From: Candidatus Jordarchaeales archaeon
Lineage (GTDB): Archaea; Asgardarchaeota; Jordiarchaeia; Jordiarchaeales; Freyrarchaeaceae
Length of the DNA stretch: 32,000 bases
Reading direction: 5' to 3'
NCBI GenBank assembly: GCA_038889235.1
Contig: JAWAHN010000002.1
Span: forward strand, 254,356-286,355
In this document: positions 8,668 to 15,057 of the stretch, one piece after another
How the letters are laid out: each line of letters opens with the position of its first letter
How positions within the stretch are numbered: the stretch's first letter is position 1
The notes under the pieces: generated by a model
Databases searched by the model: none
What the model was told of the DNA's origin: nothing
The model's input: the letters and a program-made list of their open reading frames with translations, nothing else
Made by a program: the position numbers and the translations under genes

Positions 8668-9825
8668 CTACCTTGAAAGTTCTTCAATAGTCCTTAAAAG
8701 GTCGGCTTTATGTCTCCTCAACTCTTGCAGTCTTTCTGAGAATTCAACCATGAGCTCCCTTATTCTCGATATGGCTTCATCTATCAATTTCAGTTTTTCG
8801 TCAAGCATGTAGGTCAAGTTTTGCACGTTACTGGTTGCAAGAGAAGACATTTTGCCCTCAATAGCGCTCACCCTTCTCTCAATACTGTCCAGCCTATCAT
8901 TAACTTCACGTACCACCTTCTTAACTTCCAAGATATCCTGCTGTGAAATCCTTCCTACTTCAACCTCACCCTTCTCAACAACCACCTCACCCCCTCCAAC
9001 TCTAGTAACCTCCCTGCCTGCTTGAGTTACCACTTCTTTTTCTTTCAGCCCAACTATTCCGCTCGCATAGCAGTCGTAAATCTCAGCCAAAGTTTCCGCC
9101 ATCTCTCTGCTATAGGATTCGCTCGCCAAACCCGAAATTATGCACGAAATTTCGTCAGAATACTTTAAACACCACGCTCCTCTCCCGCTTTTCTGATCTA
9201 GGAAGGAAAAAACAGAAAAAGCGAAGAACGGGCTTTCGAAAAGATTTTGCACGGTTTTAACTATCAAGTTCAAATCCTTAGGTAGCTGAGTGCCAGCCTC
9301 AATGTAATCACGCACCCACCCGTATTCGACTTCCCCCCTCTCTAGAAGACTCCTAACCCAGTTGCTCACTCCTCCTTCCGCCAGTATTTTAGTTCCACTA
9401 AGCTCATAAGGTCTCTCGCTAAAACCAAGCAACGAGAAAACGTTCGCCATCACCATTTTCATCTCTTTCTCACGTGTCTTGAAAACGCAAAGCCACTTTT
9501 CTCTTCCATACCCGACAGCACACACCTTGCTACCGTAATACTCTACAATGACGATAGCGGTTAAATCTCCCCGAACGAGCGGGGAAAGAAAAACGTCGCT
9601 AGAAAACGCCCTCAATAATCTTTGCGTGGCCTCCCTCACCTCTGGGCTTAAAATATCACCTTTAAAAAAAGTGAAAAAACGCACCGCGTCGCCATTGCTT
9701 TTAAGCACCTCAACTGCTTCCTCTATATCTGAGAGATTAATGAAAAGGTACCCGCTCACCCCGACTGAACTGGAAGGAGCATACCATTTTTCGAGCCACT
9801 GCCTAAGCACTTCTCCTCTCCTCAA
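8668..9825 (-). CDS. Hypothetical protein, alpha/beta N-terminal region and C-terminal coiled coil
   Basis: 385-aa ORF. The C-terminal ~90 aa show a heptad pattern (VREVNDRLDSIERRVSAIEGKM...IRELMVEFSERLQELRRHKADLLRTIEEL). Stop codon lies 10 bp upstream of the probable start of the next gene. Confidence 0.7.
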   Translation of the reverse strand: MRRGEVLRQWLEKWYAPSSSVGVSGYLFINLSDIEEAVEVLKSNGDAVRFFTFFKGDILSPEVREATQRLLRAFSSDVFLSPLVRGDLTAIVIVEYYGSKVCAVGYGREKWLCVFKTREKEMKMVMANVFSLLGFSERPYELSGTKILAEGGVSNWVRSLLERGEVEYGWVRDYIEAGTQLPKDLNLIVKTVQNLFESPFFAFSVFSFLDQKSGRGAWCLKYSDEISCIISGLASESYSREMAETLAEIYDCYASGIVGLKEKEVVTQAGREVTRVGGGEVVVEKGEVEVGRISQQDILEVKKVVREVNDRLDSIERRVSAIEGKMSSLATSNVQNLTYMLDEKLKLIDEAISRIRELMVEFSERLQELRRHKADLLRTIEELSR

Positions 9826-9962
9826 TTAAGAACCCCCAAAACAAAACACATGCATGCAGCCAGTACACATCCAAATACTATTACATATTTTGCCACTTCC
9901 AGTGCTTAAATATTCTTTCTTAAACAAAAAAAGTGAGATCTATAGTTGTGCTGTTCCCTTTT

Positions 9963-10169
9963 CTATCCACCTGAAGGTGCTTTTTTGGCTTTTTCCTCTA
10001 CGTGTTTTTCCAAAACGCTGGCCGCTTCCTGTATCATTTTAGCGCGTTCCTCTTTAGTCTTCTCCAACGCTTCCCGCTCCTCTTTCCTTCTCTCTTCGTG
10101 AAGTTTCTTCAGCATTTCTTTAGTCTTCTTCACTTCCTCAGGGGAGGGTGGAACCTCTTCTTCGCTCAC
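9963..10169 (-). CDS. Small highly charged helical protein
   Basis: Probable GTG start at 10169 after GAGGGGAG; the track starts at 10190. K/E/R-rich sequence on the same strand as the downstream operon. Confidence 0.5.
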   Translation of the reverse strand: MSEEEVPPSPEEVKKTKEMLKKLHEERRKEEREALEKTKEERAKMIQEAASVLEKHVEEKAKKAPSGG

Positions 10170-10395
10170 AAAGCTCCCCTCACATCTCATCTGCTGTAAA
10201 ATATAATTTCTTCAAAGGAATTTATTTATTTTTTGGGATAAGTTGCTGCAAAAAAGCAAAAACTTAAGTATATTTGCCAAAAACTGAGAAGTCCTCAAAT
10301 CACATCGCGCAATTTTTTGTAAACAGGTATCCCGTGAGACAAGCAAGCCATAAACCCCTGCTATTACCTTAGAAGTCTTTCGTCGATACGTAATG

Positions 10396-10403
10396 TTTAA
10401 AAA
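10396..10403 (+). promoter_or_regulatory. Putative TATA box of the tRNA-Cys gene
   Basis: TTTAAAAA about 30 bp upstream of the mature tRNA 5' end (10432). Confidence 0.5.
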
Positions 10404-10447
10404 CTCCTTTTTCGTCTAATTGGGCTAGAGAGCCGGGGTGGCCGAGA

Positions 10448-10478
10448 ACACTTTCTCCCATTTTAGAGAGTGTCGGAA
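10448..10478 (+). other. tRNA intron 1 (31 nt, D-loop, position 16/17)
   Basis: BHB: central helix CCGA(10442-45)/UCGG(10473-76), bulges GA|A and AA|A, intron stem CACUUUCU/AGAGAGUG (8 bp), outer G10-C pair. Confidence 0.9.
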
Positions 10479-10486
10479 ACGGTGAG

Positions 10487-10507
10487 TCCCTTTTCTGGGG
10501 GCATTAA
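10487..10507 (+). other. tRNA intron 2 (21 nt, D-stem, position 23/24), relaxed BHB
   Basis: Central helix GGUG(10481-84)/CAUU(10502-05) with two G-U pairs, bulges AG|U and AA|G, intron stem CCCUU/GGGGG; the exon-side outer pair is absent (C-C). Removal restores the D-stem 3' strand AGGC. Confidence 0.8.
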
Positions 10508-10521
10508 GCAGCGGACTGCAG

Positions 10522-10534
10522 TGTTCACGCAGTC
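10522..10534 (+). other. tRNA intron 3 (13 nt, canonical position 37/38)
   Basis: Central helix CUGC(32-35)/GCAG(10529-32), bulges AG|U and UC|A, anticodon stem as outer helix, G-C closing a UUCA loop. Confidence 0.95.
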
Positions 10535-10556
10535 ATCCGCCACACCGGGGTTCAAA

Positions 10557-10574
10557 ACCTTCAAAAGGTGAAAA
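10557..10574 (+). other. tRNA intron 4 (18 nt, T-loop, position 59/60)
   Basis: Central helix UUCA(10551-54)/UGAA(10569-72), bulges AA|A and AA|U, intron stem CCUU/AAGG, T-stem as outer helix. Confidence 0.9.
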
Positions 10575-10623
10575 TCCCTGCCCCGGCTCCAACTCATTTT
10601 CCGGCTATGTGAGATGGTGTTTT

Positions 10624-11247
10624 ATGCCTGTCTCTCTAACTCCAAGTGTTGTCAAGAAAATTTCTTTGGCAGTTGACGCACTCTTAACTATCTGGTCTAT
10701 TATTCGTTCCTCCTCTCCGAGCTATACACTGAAAGATGAGGAAGAAAAAGAGTTCGTTGAAAAGTTGTCATTGGCCTACCAACTACTTTCAGATCTGGCT
10801 TCCACTATGGGTGTTAAACAGCAACGTGAGAGCGGACTCGACGAAGTATTTTCAAAGTTGAAGCCGGACGAAACACTCATCCTCGTCGTTTCGCCGTCTT
10901 TCATGAGGCAACTCGTGAAGGCTGGTGTTCCGAGAGAAAAGGTAGTTGCTGTGGGGGGGCCGCTAACTAGCGAAGACGTCAAATTACTAAACCCTAACAT
11001 CTCTGAAGAATCCGTGGCAAAAATTGAAGAGCGTCTAAAGTCTTTTTGGAGGGAGCTTGAAAGAAAAGCTAAGGGTATACGTACAGTGCTCCTGGTTCTA
11101 GAGAAGGGTGGTAAGGTTGACGAGATGATAGCCAGTCGCTCAAACTTGTTATCTGAAAAATTAGGAGTTGAAGTCAAGCCAATTTACCTGAGTGGTTTTG
11201 AAGATCAGTTCATAAGTGCTCTACCACAATTCTTTAGAAAGGAGTGA
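10624..11247 (+). CDS. SepCysE-like (DUF2100 family) transsulfursome scaffold protein
   Basis: Probable start ATG 10624. Recalled family pattern: N-terminal helical hairpin (SPSYTLKDEEEKEF) and C-terminal LILVVS...GVPREKVVAVGGPLTSEDVKLLNPNISEE. Size ~207 aa; directly upstream of pscS. Confidence 0.75.
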   Translation: MPVSLTPSVVKKISLAVDALLTIWSIIRSSSPSYTLKDEEEKEFVEKLSLAYQLLSDLASTMGVKQQRESGLDEVFSKLKPDETLILVVSPSFMRQLVKAGVPREKVVAVGGPLTSEDVKLLNPNISEESVAKIEERLKSFWRELERKAKGIRTVLLVLEKGGKVDEMIASRSNLLSEKLGVEVKPIYLSGFEDQFISALPQFFRKE

Positions 11248-11252
11248 GCTGT

Positions 11253-12455
11253 ATGCCCCTTAGTCCCGACCGGCTTTTAAAGTACTACAACCTCACGAGA
11301 AACACCGAAATAGAAGCCATAAACCTCCACCCGATTCAAAGCGGAGGAAGAGCGGGGAACTATCCTGGGGTTGTTAAAGCAGTATTGAACTTCATAGACG
11401 GGTATAGCACGTGCGACTACTGTATTAAAGGTAGACTTAATGAAATCGAAACCCCTCCCCTACGCGACTTCCACAGCGACCTAGCAGAGTTCGTAGAAAT
11501 GGACGAAGTACGCCTCCTACCCGGGTGCAGACAGGCTCAATTTGCCACTTTCCACAGTCTAGCGAAACCCGGCGACTACATAGTTATTGACTCCTTAGCA
11601 CACTATTCAACATACCTCTCCGCCGAGAGAGCTGGCCTAAAAATAGTCGAGGTCCCCAACACAGGCTTCCCTTATTTCGAAGTACCACCCGAACTCTACG
11701 CTGAAAAAATAGAAGAAGTCAAAAGGGAGACTGGAAAACCACCAGCCTTAGTCTTCCTCACTCACGTTGACTACTCTTATGGTAATCTCGCTGACGCCAA
11801 AAAGGTTGCAAGGATATCTCACGAGTATGATGTACCTTTCGTCCTAAACTGCGCATACACGGTAGGCAGAATGCCTGTCTCCGGACGGGAGCTGGAAGCC
11901 GACGTTATAACTGCCTCGCTGCATAAATCTTTTGCATCACCAGCTCCGTCTGGGCTCATCGCAGCTAAGGAAGAATATGCAAAACAAATATTCAGGAGAT
12001 CTACGGTGAAAGGGGAGTGGAGTGGAAGGACGTTTCCCAACAAAGAAGTGGAGCTCCTAGGATGCACTCTTCCAGGATGCGTCGCTATAGGTGTAATGGC
12101 TGCATTTCCATATGTGGTTGAAAGAGTAAAACATTGGGATGAAGAAGTGAAGAAAGCTCGTTACTTCTCAAGCCAGTTAACGAGGATAGAAGGTGTCATC
12201 CAGCTCGGGCAGACCCCACACAACCACGACCTCCTTCACTTCGAAAGCTCCTCATTCTTCGAGATCGCTAAAAACCATCCTAGAAAAGGCTTCTTCCTCT
12301 ATGACGAGTTGAAATCCCGAGGAATTGTAGGTGTTCAACCAGGGCTTTCGAAATCTTGGAAGTTATCAACTTATGGCCAAAGCTGGGAGAACGTTAAAAG
12401 GGCAGCCCAAGCATTTCTTGAAATAGCTGAAAAATACGGCATCCCTGTCTCGTGA
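11253..12455 (+). CDS. pscS: O-phospho-L-seryl-tRNA:Cys-tRNA synthase (SepCysS)
   Basis: INLHPIQSGG, DGYSTCDYC (conserved CxxC), DSLAHYSTY, HVDYSYGNL, ASLHKSFASPAPSG (PLP Lys), KEVELLGCT (third conserved Cys). Confidence 0.93.
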   Translation: MPLSPDRLLKYYNLTRNTEIEAINLHPIQSGGRAGNYPGVVKAVLNFIDGYSTCDYCIKGRLNEIETPPLRDFHSDLAEFVEMDEVRLLPGCRQAQFATFHSLAKPGDYIVIDSLAHYSTYLSAERAGLKIVEVPNTGFPYFEVPPELYAEKIEEVKRETGKPPALVFLTHVDYSYGNLADAKKVARISHEYDVPFVLNCAYTVGRMPVSGRELEADVITASLHKSFASPAPSGLIAAKEEYAKQIFRRSTVKGEWSGRTFPNKEVELLGCTLPGCVAIGVMAAFPYVVERVKHWDEEVKKARYFSSQLTRIEGVIQLGQTPHNHDLLHFESSSFFEIAKNHPRKGFFLYDELKSRGIVGVQPGLSKSWKLSTYGQSWENVKRAAQAFLEIAEKYGIPVS

Positions 12456-12591
12456 ATTTCAGCCCAAGTTGGTCATGGTGTTTCAGAAAAATTTAAATCA
12501 CATGTCTCAATATTTCACTTTTGACAGATCTTCCCAAAAACCTAAAGGTGAGGGAAGAAGTTAAAAGAAAAAAGGGAGTTGATTTAGCTCA

Positions 12592-12849
12592 ATGTTCTGT
12601 CCTAAAGATGGAGCCCTGATGACTCCTAAAAAGAAAGACGGTAAGACAGTTCTAGTTTGTAAAAAGTGTGGTTATGAGGCGCCGGTTTCTGATGATAAAA
12701 AGTACAAGCTGGTTGTAAAAATACCACATACGACGAAAGATAAAATTGCGGTCGTTGAAAAAGAGATTAACCTTTCCTTCAAACAAGACGAGGAAGAGAG
12801 GGAAGAGCTCAAGAAGCAAGTGCTCGAGTTCCTCGCCGAAGAAAGTTGA
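12592..12849 (+). CDS. TFS/RpoM (RPA12/RPB9/RPC11-like) paralogue with only the N-terminal zinc ribbon
   Basis: MFCPKDGALM...VCKKCGY N-terminal ribbon and KDKIAVVE linker; ends in an acidic helix with no second ribbon and no RSADE loop. Confidence 0.75.
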   Translation: MFCPKDGALMTPKKKDGKTVLVCKKCGYEAPVSDDKKYKLVVKIPHTTKDKIAVVEKEINLSFKQDEEEREELKKQVLEFLAEES

Positions 12850-12966
12850 AAACCATCTTAACATCTTTTTGTTAGACTCTAAACTTTATTTTTAGATCAC
12901 ATCTTTCGTAACTATAGCGTTTTCCCCTAGTTTGCTCTCCTTACCTTAAATAGGAGGGTTGCGTTA

Positions 12967-13626
12967 GTGTCAGACTCGCTGAGGGAACATTTGCTCAGGG
13001 AAGTGGAACGCTGTATAGTGATGCTCAACGGCGGAGAGCTTGAAACGCTCATTAATAAATGTCTGGAGCGTGGTTTATCTGCTCTTGAAATACTAGATGC
13101 TATGGCGAGGGGTATGGAGGAAGTGGGGAGGAAATATGAAGCACAGGAATATTTTTTAAGTGAGCTTATTTTTAGTGGAGAAATTTTCAAGAAAGGAATG
13201 AAGTTGCTTGAACCGTATTTGAAAGGCGAATCGGTTGGAGAAACGAGAGGCGTCGTGGTCGTCGGTACGGTGATGAACGACCTGCACGATATAGGAAAAA
13301 ACATTTTCATTACACTCCTGCTCGCCGCTGGGTTTAAAGTAGTCGACTTAGGAGTAGACGTTCCCCCGGAAAAGTTTGTTGAAGCAGTTAAGGAAAACGA
13401 CGCCAGCATAGTCGGCATATCCGCCCTTCTGACAAGCACCGCACCCGGAATACGCGAAGTCGTCAAACTGCTCGAAAAGGAGGGGTTAAGGGAAAAAGTC
13501 AAGGTAATAGTGGGTGGCGCCGCCCTAACGCACGAAATGGCCAAGGAACTAGGAGCGGACGCTTACGCCGAGACAGCAGTTAAAGGAGTCGAAATATGTA
13601 AAAAATGGGCAGCAGGTAGTGTTTAG
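12967..13626 (+). CDS. Corrinoid (cobalamin-binding) protein, MtaC/MtbC/MttC-like
   Basis: N-terminal cap helices (GMEEVGRKYEAQEYFLSEL), B12 motif NDLHDIGKN (DxHxxG), SALLT, VIVGGA. Confidence 0.92.
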   Translation: MSDSLREHLLREVERCIVMLNGGELETLINKCLERGLSALEILDAMARGMEEVGRKYEAQEYFLSELIFSGEIFKKGMKLLEPYLKGESVGETRGVVVVGTVMNDLHDIGKNIFITLLLAAGFKVVDLGVDVPPEKFVEAVKENDASIVGISALLTSTAPGIREVVKLLEKEGLREKVKVIVGGAALTHEMAKELGADAYAETAVKGVEICKKWAAGSV

Positions 13627-13630
13627 TCCA

Positions 13631-14566
13631 TTACCCTTCTCTCTTTTCCGGGTTCGTTAACTTAAACACTCCTCCTACCTGCCTTAGTATCTCAAATGCT
13701 TCGGTAGGTATAATGTACTTTTTCGAGTCCTTATCGCTTATCTTAGTGAGAGTTTCAAGGTACTGGAGTGCCATTGTTTTTTCATCTATCCTCCTAGCTG
13801 TCTCCATAATTCTTTCCAAAGATTGGGCATACCCTTCAGCTCTGAGAATGGTGGCCTGCTTTCTACCCTCCGCCCTTAGACTCAAAGCTTTCCTTTTAGC
13901 CTCTGCTCTTGTGATCATCGCCTGCTTTTCACCCTCAGCGATAAGGATAGCAGACTCCCTTTTCCCATCAGCTTCGGTGACCATAGCTCTTCTGACCCGC
14001 TCAGCCTCCATTTGCCGTATCATTGCATCCAGCACGGATGCAGGAGGCAGTATCTCCCTGATCTCAACCCCAGTGATTTTGACTCCCCATCTGACAGTAA
14101 TTTCGTCAAGTTTTTCCTGGAGAATCGTGTTTATGCGCTCCCTTTCAGCAAGAACTTGGTCAAGATATATGTCGCCTATGACGGCCCTCAAAGTGGTCTG
14201 AGCAACCCCTATGGCGGCAAACCTCCAGTTTTCAACTTTAATAACCGAGTCTATCGGAGAAACAACTTTGTAGTATATTAAGACGTCTACATCGACTGGA
14301 GCATTATCCTTTGTTATACACCTTTGGTATGGCACGTCAAAGTAATCCTCTCGCAAATCCACTTTTATCATTTTGTCAATGAAGGGAATCAAGAATATTA
14401 TTCCCGGCCCCTTCTCTTTCGGAAGCACTCTCCCCAGCCTGAATACTACACCTCTCTCATACTCTCGTAAAACCCTCAACCCGCTCAAGAGAATCATTAA
14501 TACTATGAATGCGAAAACCAAGAAGGCAACAATAATAGATGTCGCATCTGCCTGAAGTGGAAACAT
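13631..14566 (-). CDS. SPFH/band-7 (stomatin/QmcA-like) membrane protein
   Basis: N-terminal TM helix; EYERGVVFRLGR, GPGIIFLIPFID, ITKDNAPVDVD, AQTTLRAVIG, WGVKITGVEIREI; AEAERxRRA-type coiled coil. Confidence 0.93.
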   Translation of the reverse strand: MFPLQADATSIIVAFLVFAFIVLMILLSGLRVLREYERGVVFRLGRVLPKEKGPGIIFLIPFIDKMIKVDLREDYFDVPYQRCITKDNAPVDVDVLIYYKVVSPIDSVIKVENWRFAAIGVAQTTLRAVIGDIYLDQVLAERERINTILQEKLDEITVRWGVKITGVEIREILPPASVLDAMIRQMEAERVRRAMVTEADGKRESAILIAEGEKQAMITRAEAKRKALSLRAEGRKQATILRAEGYAQSLERIMETARRIDEKTMALQYLETLTKISDKDSKKYIIPTEAFEILRQVGGVFKLTNPEKREG

Positions 14567-14983
14567 TCAGTACCCCCTCCGGATAGAAGGGGGTCTTAAG
14601 CAGATAAAAATTTTATGGAAAGGCTTGCTTCCTCCACTACAAAGCATTTCTCACATCACACTTTTAAACGCGCCATTATCACTTTTACGTTAGTCAAGCC
14701 CCTAAAACTAGTGTTTCAAATTAGGGACCACTTTACTTCAGTTTAATTTATAAGGTTCTGAACCACTTCTTCGTTTTTAGTACCACAGGCTGTTGAAGCC
14801 AAAAAAGTGACAACATGAACCAAATGACTTTTCAATAGCCCTCGTCTATTGCTAAGAAATAATGGCGCCGTTTTCGTCTTCATTTTCTTAACTTTTCAAC
14901 CTTTCTAGGAGTTTTCACCAAACCAGCTTTACATCCTTAAGATATTAAAAAAGTTATTAAACACCTGGAAAATTTTATATGTC

Positions 14984-15046
14984 TTGATGAACTCCCGCCT
15001 ACCTCCGGGTCTATGATGTCTCATCGACCTCGATTACACTAACCGA
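14984..15046 (+). ncRNA. Weak candidate box C/D-like small RNA
   Basis: C-like TTGATGA (14984-90) about 25 nt downstream of AAGTTATTAA, C'-like ATGATGT (15013-19). D'/D boxes are degenerate (CCGG, TCGA or CCGA). Confidence 0.2.
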
Positions 15047-15057
15047 GGGAGGTAAGT

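Larger units (their letters stand above)
10432..10591 (+). tRNA. tRNA-Cys(GCA) with four introns and encoded CCA
   Basis: Exons 10432-10447, 10479-10486, 10508-10521, 10535-10556 and 10575-10591 join to 77 nt: GCCGGGG UG GCCG AGAACGGUG AGGC A GCGGA CU GCA GA UCCGC CACAC CGGGG UUCAAAU CCCUG CCCCGGC U CCA. This gives a 7-bp acceptor stem, U8/A14, G15-C48, G18G19, a 5-bp anticodon stem, G37, a canonical T-loop and discriminator U73 (diagnostic for Cys). Confidence 0.95.

Noticed and set aside
10432-10591. Reading the long tRNA-like locus as tRNA-Sec, a tRNA with a long variable arm, or a pseudogene
   Set aside because: The anticodon is GCA with U73, the variable loop is 5 nt, the acceptor stem is 7 bp, and all extra sequence is accounted for by BHB-bounded introns.
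11245-12849. TGA stops of the SepCysE-like gene, pscS and the TFS paralogue as possible selenocysteine read-through
   Set aside because: The stops fall at the expected C-termini, the next genes start immediately or the frames lose coding character, and I found no SECIS-like hairpin.
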